NCBI RefSeq assembly: GCF_006345805.1
Contig: NC_042998.1
Coordinates: 13,764,001-13,828,000, forward strand
Source: Octopus sinensis
Lineage: Eukaryota
Reading direction: 5' to 3'
DNA: 64,000 bases
The position numbers and the translations under genes are program-made. Position 1 is the stretch's first letter; the number at the start of each line of letters is the position of its first letter. This document shows, piece after piece, positions 14,179 to 26,835 of this stretch. The notes below the pieces were generated by a model, which was given only the letters and a program-made list of their open reading frames with translations, did no database searches and had not been told where the DNA came from.

Positions 14179-15060
14179 CATATGAATAATTTACTTGTGC
14201 TATTCTGATATTATTCTCTTGTTTCCTTTCAGAAGTGTCATTAGTCTGTCGGTGGTTCATGCGGCTGCAAATCTTATATAATATTGACGTAAGATTTTAT
14301 TTCATGTCTGCATTAAAAGATTAATTCCTGTATATGTTGACTTGTTTATAATCTTGCTTCAATATATCATGTTCCCTTGTCAAGTAAAATTGGCTTCGCT
14401 TGGCATCAGCAATAGAAGCCAGTACATTCTTTATTGTGAGCTGTTTAGCTGTTTTACTTACCTCATTTACAATATTTGCATTTAATATCAAAACGTGTTT
14501 TAACACAACACACTACACATGCAAACACTCACACATTCACTGACAAACTCAAACACAAAACACACAAGCAAGCACACACAAGCAAGCACATACATACACA
14601 CACACAACCACAGTGCGAGATGAATAGAACTCTATGTCTTTTGAAGTCTATGTGATTCCTGTGAAAATTTTGCATAGCTTGTATCTTGATTTTCACATTC
14701 GTGCAAGTAAAAGGCTTCCTTTTATGAAATGCATGCTGTCAAGTATGCAAAAGTAATTGTCTTCAGGAAAAATAAGGAATATATTTGCCATTATACTCTC
14801 CAAATATGCTATATGGCAAAATACAGACGGCTGCAATGTCACTGACCTAAATTTTGATCTCGGGGCAATCAACTAAAAGTAAAGTTACAGCTCTTATTCT
14901 ATTGCCATTTCCGAATGCCTCGTCTTCAGTAACTCAATAATCTTGTGATCTCATTCTACATTCATCAAATTACCACATCACAACGGAAAACAAACTATAA
15001 ATTTTAATATACATACGTATACACACACAAACATACAAACACTCACACACATCTCTTTGT

Positions 15061-15143
<83 letters not shown>

Positions 15144-15681
15144 TATACAGATGTAAATGTATGTATAGATGTAAATATATATATATGTATATATAGATGT
15201 AAATGTATGTATCTATGCGTGTGCGTTTATGTGTGTGCGTATGTGTGTGTGTGTGCTGGTGTATGAATTCAGCATCATATAATCGATGCCTCCTGGTGGA
15301 CTTCCATTGGAAACACTGCATTAATAGGGAAATACTTGTTACCTATTCTTAGATTAAAACAAATACGGCGATCAATGAAAAGCATTGATCATACAGAATA
15401 TCTATAGTTATCTATAGGTTTCTACTAACACAGTTTCGCTTGAAATTCAGAAAACAATAGTTTATTTGTAGTATGGACTATGAAGCATACTAGTTCAACT
15501 TGCCCTTATAGATTTAACGTATTCCTTAATAAATATGTTTTACTTCCAATTTAACATGTGAAACGATTCCTGGTATGCGATTCAAGGTATACGTGCGTAT
15601 GTGTGAGTATGATATTTCTGGTAGGGAGATTTGTATATTCATGTATACAAATTCAGAAACACACACGCATGTATGCATAAA

Positions 15682-15736
<55 letters not shown>

Positions 15737-15823
15737 CTAAATGTATGTTGGTATATACATATATGTGTGTGTGTGAGTATTTATATAGATATAGAGTTAT
15801 GTACATATATATAAATACATACG

Positions 15824-15854
<31 letters not shown>

Positions 15855-15877
15855 CTATATATATATATATATAGGAT

Positions 15878-16310
15878 ACACTGGGTAAATTAAATTGTCA
15901 CCATTGTATAGTTTTAATTTCGCGCATGTGCATTGTTTGTTTTCGCTCAACACGGAGGCCTACATCAAGTGCCTGGAGGAGATGGTGCTGCCCTGGTCCA
16001 AGAGGGTGACTGCTGGAAGAGTCTATATATTGCAACAGGATTCTGCACCATGCCTACGAGCAGAAGAACCCAGTCACGGCTGGCAGTTAATTTTTTCGAT
16101 GAACTCTCTCCTAACATCTGGCCACCTAACTCCCCAGGTTACCGCCCTCTTGATTATTATGTGTGGAGCACAGTTCAGAGAGAGACCAACAAAATTCCTT
16201 GTAAAACCAAAGATAAACTGAAGGCAACGATTATGAAGACCGTGTTTGAAGCCAATGTCGATTTCATTGAATGCATTTCTCTTCAAGCTATGTTAAATGA
16301 GATGTCTCTG
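15878..16310 (+). mobile_element. Internally deleted Tc1/mariner element, DD37D (maT)-like
   Basis: LNTEAYIKCLEEMVLPW..QQDSAPC, a frameshift, then WPPNSPGYRPLDYYVWSTVQRETN. A TA-flanked terminus tacactgggtaaattaaattgtcacc lies immediately upstream. Confidence 0.8.
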
Positions 16311-16364
16311 TGATTTTACGTTTTTGTGTAATTTAGACAATATATTCACAATGACATTTGTATA

Positions 16365-16565
16365 GGGGGAGTTTACGAAAAAAACAAAAGACGAAGACAG
16401 GTGGTGTACAAAACAAACAGATGTATTAGTATAACGCTCATGAATAGAAAAAGTATTTTACGTTTCGAGCCTACGCTCTTCTACAGAATGGGACACAGAA
16501 AAAAAAACAAGGAGAGAAAAAATGTGTAGTGGCTAACGATCTATCATGGCGACTAGTGCCGGATC
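16365..16565 (-). mobile_element. Short PLE-like repeat with a variant hammerhead motif
   Basis: Minus strand 16488-16455: ttCTGTAGAa gagc gtag gctc GAAA cg TA aaa. A related, degraded stretch lies on + at ~18265-18350. Confidence 0.5.
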
Positions 16566-18415
16566 TATCATTCGTATATATACACATGTGTGTGTGTGTG
16601 TGTGTGTGTTTGTGTGTGTGTATGTATGTGTGAGTGTATACATACATACAACATATATACACATGTACGCATGTGTGTCAGAGTGTGATGTGAAAAATCT
16701 GGCAAACATGTTGCTTCGATGTTACGTGTATGCGGGATATATTTTATCGACATTCTATGAATGAATGATAAATTTCTAAGAAGCAAGACAGTATTGATCA
16801 ACATTCATACGATGATTCAAATGTATGACTTTGTTGTACAGGTTCGATTGACTTTCTCATGATGGAATCCTGTTATATATGAAATCACGATTTCCCTTTT
16901 TAAAATGTCAGAAAAGATGTAAAAAATGTGATATTCGAAACACGTATAAGATGATTATTTCCTGAAAGCTGTTTTTTCTAAGCACCGTTTATGTCTCTCT
17001 GGGATAAACTGCAGCCATGTCATATGTAAGCATCTGCGCAGAACACCGTATATACTCTGCTGCTCCTCACTGCAATGTGTGCATCACAGCTGAAGGCGTA
17101 CAGTCATGAAAGGAAATCCGACCCCTCTATAAGACACTCAAGCGTCTGTTGGCAGCTGCACGTAGTTGGGCTCAAGGTCATGGGATGTAAGTGAATGGGG
17201 TTTAAATAAGAATACTTATTTACCATACTCCACAATCTCCATGTCTTGACCATTCGGATTCAGAAATTTTCAACACGTTTGCAGATGAGATAGAATATAG
17301 GGATTTTATCAAATTTAGCAGAGTTTAGTAAGAAATCATTTTTGGTGTGGGTCACTTTTAAGGTATTTCTGTCAAAGACGTATCTTTTAGTTTCTATATC
17401 ATTCTTAGTACTGAAAGAATATTATTTGAACACTAGTAATACTAGTAATAGATCAGTCAATAGCGTCGTCAAGCCTGTTATACAAATGCAATATGAGTCT
17501 GCGCTTTTCCATCTCCGGGAGGACTATTGTGAATGTAATTCGAAGTATATAATATACGTTGGTTTAAGTTTATACTCTTATACAAACTCTTAGATTTCTG
17601 TATCCGAGATAACTAACGCTTGCTAGCAGTTGACTATGTGAACTTATTTGGCAATTTGACATGCATTGTGTGCTCACAGTTTCTTAGCAGTCTATCTTCC
17701 AGTGCACGCTGAAAGGGTGTGTTTTTCAGACAACGATGGTCACTAAATTACAAGCTATACTGTGGTTACATGTTAAAAGTAGCACTCAATTGAAAACTAA
17801 AAAGGAAAACCTTGTGGGCAATCCATCTAATACTCATTTTGATCACTGATTGACAATATGAGACTGCTAAGGCAGTTGCTTCTGCAAAAGAAAAAAGAAA
17901 ATTTTGGATATTCGGAGGGAAAATATTGGTAACAAAAAGAGGACAATGGGGACATGGAAGGACACCGAACGAAAACGAATGTGGAAGGTGGTTAGACCAG
18001 ACGAGGTAAAGTAGTGAACACTGGAGAAATACTGTATGAACGATGGTCACGTGTGAGTAAGGAAAGAGAGTGAAAAAGAGAGAGAGTAAAGGAGAAAGAG
18101 GGAAAGAGAGATATACAATGGCGGAAGGGAGAAAGAAGGAATTAGAGAAAGGATGAGAGATATAACGATATGGATATATATATATACATACATATATATA
18201 TATAGATATATATACGTATCAGCAATACCAAATACACACGTGCCGTAGGCGATTTGTTTTCGTTTTGGTGACTTTTCCCTTTCTGCTCCCCGACGAAGAG
18301 CTCAAAACTTTTCCTTTCACCTAGCGTCAGACTAATTCATTTCTTGCGCACATCCTTATGCTGTCAGTTTTTATTCGTTACATTGGACTGCTTGTTAATT
18401 TGAATTGACTATATA

Positions 18416-18465
<50 letters not shown>

Positions 18466-18596
18466 ATAATATATATATATATAATATTATATATAATATA
18501 TATATATGTAATATATATATATGTATATATATAATATAAATATCTATATCTATATATATTGTCGATTCAAATTAACAACAACAATCCAATGAAACG

Positions 18597-18632
<36 letters not shown>

Positions 18633-18635
<3 letters not shown>

Positions 18636-18843
18636 GGAGTAAACACATAAATGTGAAACAGGTGGAAAAAAGAGTACTCAAATACAGTGGTAGAGTAATA
18701 TGCTTTATTTTAAGCAGCAGAAAATTCAACAAAATCTGTTACACTGAGTTTCTCGTTGCCGTTCATCAGCAGTTTTTGCTAAAAACTGTCTGATGACGGC
18801 AACGAGAAATCAGAGTTAACAGATTTTGTGGAATTTTCTGCTG
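18633..18843. mobile_element. Palindromic hammerhead-bearing element in (TA)n
   Basis: Arms 18715-18777 and 18781-18843. Arm consensus ctgt CTGATGA acggcaacga GAAA ctcagag TA acag; AATAAA downstream on minus. Confidence 0.75.
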
Positions 18844-18870
18844 TGAAATTTAAAATATATTATATTATAT

Positions 18871-18931
<61 letters not shown>

Positions 18932-19729
18932 AATATATATATATATATTATATATATATATATATATAATATATAAATATATAATATATATATATAATAT
19001 ATATATATATATATTTATATTTATATTTATATACATATATATATATTTATATTTATATATATATATTATAATTATATACATATATATATACATGTGCATG
19101 TGAATGCGAGGTTTACACCATGTGTAGGCGTGGTCATGCTTTCGCATTGATTGATACCATTATATTATCTTATCAAATTAGTGTATGAATCTTACACTTA
19201 GTTAATAGGAGTTTATCTTAATATCACATAAATATCCCTTTCGATTGCTGGGTATTTTTTTTGTACATATTCGCGTATTCACTCTCCATGCGAACTCTCA
19301 GAAATAATTTAATTACTGTTCTGACAGACCTACGGTCTCCCGATGAATTAATATCATATACAGCATGAGGCAGTATGCATAATATTGGCACACCGTCCGG
19401 TACCATATTTTCGATGTGGCGCGGTTCAGATATTGCTACTAATATTTTTCAGTCCCATATGACCATTGATACAGCAGAACGAAGTAAGTGATATTCCAAC
19501 CATGATTATCCCAGATTTTCATTCATATATATTTAATCTGGACTACATTATCTATTATGCATGAATGCCCATAATTAGTAAGAGATTTTCTTGTTATCAA
19601 TGAGAGGGATGAGTGTAGTGTCTCGTGAAACCATGCAAGAATCCATGATATTCAAAGTTTGTTCTGTTACGTTTACCATCTTTCATTTCCTGATTTCGAT
19701 GATGATTAACCAATCTTTCTTTAATAGTA

Positions 19730-20118
19730 AGCATGGAAGCACTCCGTCGGTTACGACGATGAGGGTTCCGGTTGATCCTAATCAACCGAACAGCCTGCTC
19801 GTGAAATTAACGTGTAAGTGACTGAGCACTCCACAGACACGTGTACACTTAACGTAGTTCTCGGGAATATTCAGCGTGACACAGAGAGTGACAAAGCCGA
19901 CCCTTTGAAATACAGGTACAACAGAAACAGGAAGTAAGAGTGAGAGAAAGTTGTGGTGAAAGAGTACAGCAGGGATCACCACCATCCCCTGCCGGAGCCT
20001 CGTGGAGCTTTTAGGTATTTTCGCTCAATAAACACTCACAACGCCCGGTCTAGGAATCGAAACCGCGATCCTATGACCGCGAGTCCGCTGCCCTAACCAC
20101 TGGGCCATTGCGCCTCCA
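19730..20118 (-). mobile_element. tRNA-derived SINE family C, full length
   Basis: Minus head tggcccagtggttagg (A box) and ggtttcgattcc (B box); homologous to 35432-35815; TSD tttctttaatagta at 19716-19729 and 20121-20134. Confidence 0.92.
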
Positions 20119-20407
20119 CTTTTCTTTAATAGTACGCGTATAAGCAGGATGTCTGCATCCTGTACGATTAGTACAGATTGGCTTACATATTAAGCAGAAA
20201 GAAATGTGAGAATGATAAATAGAAGCATAACATAATGTAACTGTAATTTCAGGATGGGATAATAAACTTATCACTGTATCATTTTCAGGTAGTTTGTGAA
20301 AATAGAACTGGGGAGAACAGGGAGTAAATCTAGAAAACTAAGCGCAAAGGCGGACGTCATGTATCAAAACTACAAGGTTAGATTATAGGTGGTATATTGC
20401 AATCGAG

Positions 20408-20827
20408 GGCGGTGAGCTAGCAGAAACGTTAGCATACCGGGCGAAATGCTTAGCGGTATTTCGTCTGTCGTCACGTTCTGAGTTCAATTTCCGCGGAGGT
20501 CGACTTTGCCTTTCATCCTTTCGGGGTTGTTAAATTAAGTACCAGTTACGCACTGGGGTCGATGTAATCGACTTAATACCTATGCCTGACCTTGTTTGTC
20601 CCTTCTATGCTTAGCCCCTTGTGGGTAATAAGGAAATGGGTATTTCGTCTGTCGTCACGTTCTGAGTTCAATTTCCGCCGAGGTCGACTTTGCCTTTCAT
20701 CCTTTCGGGGTTGTTAAATTAAGAACCAGTTACGCACTGGGGTCGATATAATCGAATTATTCCTTTTTTCTATCCTTAATTTACTTCTCTGTGTTTAGCC
20801 CCATGTGGGTAGTAAAGAAATAGGTAT
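20408..20827 (+). mobile_element. SINE family A, full copy plus 5'-truncated second unit
   Basis: The second unit restarts at the internal ggtatttcgtctg (~20639). TSD ggtatattgcaatc at 20391-20404 and 20823-20836. Confidence 0.9.
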
Positions 20828-21257
20828 ATTGCAATCAGATGCACATTATGTATATCTCTTGAATTTAAAAGTAAAGAAACAAAATCATTACCAAAACACA
20901 ATAACTGAAGCTGTTTAATGTCGGACATATGCATCTCGATGAACTCCATTTTATAATATTGGTAAGAAACTGAATGAAACACTGAGCTGAACCATCTTCA
21001 CGCAAATTTTCCAATCCTAAATTAGGTTCCAGTGACTCATTTTGATATTTACTGATCGAGAAACAAAAATAAACGACTGAAGTAGATAGTAAGTTTTCCA
21101 TCGTCGAATAAATCTTCTATATATAACATTGAATAAATCTTGCCTCCATGACAACCACACCACTCTATCGCTCATTTTCTCTCTATATATATACACATGC
21201 GCATACTCGCACCCTCATGCTCACGTATTAGTGTATATATATATATATGTATGTATG

Positions 21258-21295
<38 letters not shown>

Positions 21296-21356
21296 ATATA
21301 TATATATGTATGTATGTATATATATGTATATATATGTATGTATGTATATACATATG

Positions 21357-21412
<56 letters not shown>

Positions 21413-22491
21413 TATCCATATGTATGTATCTATATATATATATGTATGTATCTCTCTCTCTGATCATATGTCTCTTTCTCAGTCTCTGTCCTTCCATATA
21501 TATATATATATATCAACACATGATGAAATCTACGATCAACCGAGCGATTGATCAATATATGATTTAGACTTCACAATCAACGGTAATTACCTTCCTATAA
21601 AACACAATCAAAATAATTAAATGTGGTATAATTTCAGTCATATTTGATCTGTATCATACCGTCTTTAGCAATATATGACTAATAATTTTATCCTATTTTT
21701 TCGTTTCAGTATTTTATACTTTTTTTTTTTCATCACTTCCTAACATTAACCCACAAATATAACTACCATTTCAGCGAGGAAAAAATAACATCGATTACAT
21801 ATAACTGAACCCGGTTTAGGTATTGGTTTATTGTCACGTTTCTTTTTTTAGGCCGCGTGAGTCTCTTTTTTGTTGATTGATTTATCTTTTATTGACTACA
21901 CGTTTTGTTCTTTCCTGTGCAATAAATTTCACATTAAAAAAGACATAGCTGAAATAGGTTTTTCAGGGGGGAAAAAGAAAAGCAAAAACGTTATATAGAT
22001 TTTGTTGTTTAACCCTTTATACGTTTTTTTTTTCTTCTTTCATATAGATATAGAGGGAGAATGAAATTGGTACCATAGATTCTTAATTGATAAGTGGTAA
22101 TTAAAACATAAGATTCGGAAAACAAAGGACGAAATAAAAACGGATATTTTAAGTTAAGCTAACAATGACTGTATTGATTTTTGAAGGTTTTTCTTTTTGG
22201 CTTCACTCGGCAACTAAAATATAAATAGACTGCATCAATAGAACATCAAAAGTAATATCACCATGCATTATGATTTGCCTTAGAGAAGCCTGGATATGTC
22301 CTGGGGAACCAGACATTTGGTGAATCAGCTTCATTCAGCTGATGCGTCGTTTATTATTTTTTTTTTACTTATATATTCAAGTATATTAAAATGTCTTATT
22401 TCTTCATGATTATTAAACATACACATACACGCAAACACAAACGTACATGAATACTCACACACACATATATACACGTATATATATATATATG

Positions 22492-22522
<31 letters not shown>

Positions 22523-22621
22523 GTATATATATATGTACATATATATCAATACATACATACATGTACGTATATATATATATATATGTACATGTATGTATGT
22601 ATTGATGTATGCGTTATATAT

Positions 22622-22653
<32 letters not shown>

Positions 22654-22688
22654 CATACATGTATATGCATGCATAAATATCTTTGTAC

Positions 22689-22774
<86 letters not shown>

Positions 22775-23090
22775 TGATAGATAGATATATAGATAGATAG
22801 ATATATAGATAAATAGATAGATAGATAAGTAGATAGGTAGATACTTGTACATAAGCACGTTCCTGTATGACCGTGCGTGTATGTGCTTATGAGTGTATGT
22901 TGCCAATAACGTAGACTTACGTCTATACTACGATGCCTTTCATTTGGAGTGAAAGAACCTTCGGCTGTTTTCAAAGACAAAACTTTCAAATGACACGAAT
23001 GTCAGTTGATATCAAAATAGGTTTATTACGCAATAGCTAGATTCAAATTTTCGCAGTGATGTAGAATCCACTAACCGTTAAGTCTTGTCC

Positions 23091-23091
<1 letters not shown>

Positions 23092-23138
<47 letters not shown>

Positions 23139-23260
23139 GTTATTATTGTTATTGTTGTTGTTGTTGTTGTTGTTGTTGTGGTTGTTGTTGTTGTTGTTAA
23201 TATTATTGTAATTATAATAATAATAATAATTATTATTATTATTATTATTATTATTATTGT
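23092..23260. repeat. Compound (TTA)n/(TTG)n/(TAA)n microsatellite
   Basis: Direct reading of the sequence. Confidence 0.95.
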
Positions 23261-23506
23261 CATTCAGTAGTTTTATTTTTATAGCGTGCTTCACTTCACT
23301 ACTGAGCGGAGCTCTGTGTGCCTTGGGTATGTGCTGTTGTAGAATTAGGGGCCTCCTGTGTCTGTCTCCCGTGCGTTTGTACACTCAGTATACGATATGT
23401 AGTTTGTTTATTTACCATGTATTTTTCATTTATATATAAACATATATAAATATATATATATATATTTATATATATATATATATGCGTGTGTTTGTGTGTG
23501 TGTGTG

Positions 23507-23757
23507 TGGAGGTGCGTGGCTTAGTGGTTAGGGTGTCAGCATCATGATCGTAAGATTGCGGTTTCGATTCCTGGACCGGGCGACACGTTGGGTTCTTGAG
23601 CAAAACACTTCATTTCACGTTGCTCCAGTCCACTCAGCTGGCAAAAAGGAGTAACGCTGCGATGGACTGGCGAACCGTCCAGCTGGGGAACACATACGCT
23701 ACTGAAACCGGCAAACCGGGCCCATGAGCCTGGCTAGGCTTTAAAAGGGCGCATTTA
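23507..23757 (+). mobile_element. tRNA-derived SINE family D
   Basis: tggcttagtggttagg A box, ggtttcgattcc B box, then ttgagcaaaacactt and gcgatggactggcgaaccgtccag (V-SINE-like block); sits between microsatellites. Confidence 0.8.
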
Positions 23758-23784
23758 TGATATATATATATATATATATATATA

Positions 23785-23991
23785 AACGTTAGCACGCCGG
23801 ACGAAATGCGTAGCCGTATTTCATCTGCCGTTACGTTCTGAGTTCAAATTTCGCCGAGGTCGACTTTGCCTTTCATCCTTTCGGGGTCGATAAATAAAAT
23901 ACCAGTTTCGCACTGGGGTGTGTAATCGACTTAATCCCTTTGTCTGTCCTTGTTTGTCCCCTCTATGTTTAGCCCCTAGTGGGCCATAAAG

Positions 23992-23995
<4 letters not shown>
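23785..23995 (+). mobile_element. SINE family A, 5'-truncated, within (TA)n
   Basis: aacgttagcacgccgg...ataaagaaata matches the family A body. Confidence 0.88.
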
Positions 23996-24043
<48 letters not shown>

Positions 24044-26029
24044 TTATATATACATATAACCACACACACTTCTATATATAGCTATATATATATATATATA
24101 TGCATGATTGCATGGGGAAGTGATTTCGTTATTTTGCTTGTGTGCGTATGGCTATCATTTTGCGAATGAGAATGTACATGTTTCTATGAGTAGCGCCAAC
24201 CAAAGGATGGACATATTTAAATGCTCAATAGAACGTTTTAATAGAATGTAGGAAATCGTGCACTGGGGAAGTTTGTTGAAATGTTCCTGGCTTTCGATAA
24301 AAGAAAATACAGAAGGATCAGTTAATTATGATTTTGCTCACCATATTCTACTCTCAGATTCACACACTAATTGCAGGGTGCCTTTAGTTTTTCTAAGCCT
24401 CCTAAAAGAAGTTGCTATGCTGGATCTTCAACTAGGCCGTTAGCGATATCTTTAAAACCAAGAGTATTTCGACATCTGACATATCCTTCTTTTACTCGCC
24501 GTGCTAGCAAGAGGCTAATACGAACGAGTGTTAGAATTGCATATCTATAGGAATCTGATTTTTCTCATATGTTTCTTACGCGCTCATCGGTAGTTTTCAA
24601 ACATATAACTAGAGTTCCCTTTTAACAAAATGTTATGTTCTTTAGATATCAATATGTAGTTATACGCATTTCGTTGCCCTAAACTAGAAGAGTCAAACTA
24701 CTGACGCACGAGCAATGCCGTTTTATATTTCTTACTCTTTCCAATCATCATGCACGTTCTATGCAGGAGTAACGTTATTTTAGTTTGCATTCACGTTGAA
24801 AGTACCCGAATATCTTCTCACTCTTTTGAATTAATAATATGTTCTTCTTGTCACGGAAAACCTTCATCGTACGTCTAACTTTTAAGCTTCCTATATCTTT
24901 GTCTATCTAGCAATCTTTTGCATTTCAATTAGTTTATCAAGCTCATTCTCTATTTTGGATATCTTATGTGCAGAGTGCAAAGGGACCCTCCGTTTTTTAG
25001 GCTAATATTTTCGGTTTCACGTCAAAACAACCAGGGAACGTAGAACCCTTCCATCCGAACAAAATATTTCCCGAGCCACTACAAAATTTCCAGCTCACTG
25101 AAGAGCATACTCATGCATGTAACCGAATCTCTGATATCGCGTGTATAAATATTTATGTTTACGACAACGTTTTATATCTCCCTGCTTTTTATATGTTTAT
25201 TGGGCGTTATAATTTGCACGAACAAGCATGTTCATTTACGCTCATACTTACGCATGTATGTTTACATATACATATATACATGTACAAACACACACACACA
25301 CACACATATGCATATTTTCGTAGGCATTACATGCATATTCACATATGCACGTTCATATTTTTCTTATAGTTATCATAATGAAATCGTTTTGAGCAGCATT
25401 TTCACCTGTTCGGAATTAAAAATAACGTCAGTATTTGATATTATGATTAAGGCGTCAAGGTAGTAGAATCGTTATCATATCCAGCACAATGCTTAGCGGC
25501 ATAACCTCAGTAAAATTCCTCCGAGGTCGACATTGCCTTTCATCCTTTCGGGGTCGTTAAATAAATACCAGTTGAGCAATAGCAACGACGCAATTGTCTT
25601 CTCTCATCACTCACCCAATATTGATGTCATTGCACTAAAATTTGAAACCGATTTTAGAACGTACTCCATTGAGTTTCTCACTTGTTCTTCCCAAATATCT
25701 TGTCTAAATTCAACATAAATCTTGTCTATTCCACAAAGTGTAAATATAAAACAACCTATTCATCAACGATGTGCTAACTACATTTTTGGGATTCAATTCG
25801 TTATGACACTTGGAATGTAAATGTGTAAATGTCTATTCGCATATCTTTATCAAATTTTTAATTAATGTTACATTCATTCCACTACCTAAAGATATGGACA
25901 TCAGTCTTTCTCTCACACTCATAAGGGTTTTCTTTTATAGTATATGCTTTCAATATGGTGTGAATAATATCTTCTTTATTGAATTGTTTAATAGAGGATT
26001 TTCTCTAAATTATATACATATATTATATA

Positions 26030-26415
26030 CTAGCAAATCGCCCGGCGTTGCTAGGGTTTGTTGCGACCCATTAGAATTGGAATTTTTGAAAAGTAAAACA
26101 TTTGCATTATGTAGCTTGTTATTCTCTTTAAGTGAACATTTTTCTGGTTGAAATACACCGAACAATGGTGACTCAGCATTCAAAAACTCGTAAAAAAAGG
26201 GATTTTCATAGAAAAAAGCACCTTTTTGATGTAAATACTTTTTGATCTTAACATGGTCCTATTTAAATTTTATCTTCTACAGAATGAAGAGCAAGCCTTC
26301 TATCATACTCTCAATTTTGGTCATCTTGCGCCGCAGTGTCTTGGAGGAGATTGTGTGAGTTGAAGGCTACCAAACCTGCCACATACAGACAACTTATGCT
26401 TTATATATATATAGA
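26030..26415 (-). mobile_element. Non-autonomous Helitron (~386 bp)
   Basis: Minus strand 5' A|TCTATATATATAA and 3' GC-rich hairpin (cccggcgttgctaggg, 26041-26056) about 10 nt before CTAG|T; no TSD. Confidence 0.75.
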
Positions 26416-26504
26416 TTGTGAAATTTAATTTAAAATTGTTAAATTGAATTTTTCCTTGTAAGTTTTGAAGTTATATTCCTTACTATCATATATATGTATA
26501 TATA

Positions 26505-26547
<43 letters not shown>

Positions 26548-26565
26548 ATATATAATAATATATAT

Positions 26566-26597
<32 letters not shown>

Positions 26598-26835
26598 ATA
26601 TATATATATATATATAACAACAGCAATTGCAGCGTGGAAGGTGTTTGTAAGCCATTTAAGAAACACACGAAAGCCGTTCGATACACTTCAACATTTAAGT
26701 TTAATTTGTCAAAATATTTTCGTCGCTAAAATCCGCGACCTGTTCACTGATAAAAATCCGTGATGCAGCACGGATTTTTGTCAGTGAACAGGTCGCGGAT
26801 TTTAGCGACGAAAATATTTTGACAAATTAAACTTA

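Noticed and set aside
14232-14506. Splice-like signals (ttcag..gtaag on +, gag|gtaagt on -) and a 61-aa ORF
   Set aside because: No recognisable protein and no partner exons.
17000-17195. GC-richer patch ending in gtaagt, a possible exon
   Set aside because: No clear acceptor or homology; needs RNA-seq.
20040-20118. tRNA-like sequences (also at 23507 and 35432)
   Set aside because: These are SINE heads continuing into SINE bodies, not tRNA genes.
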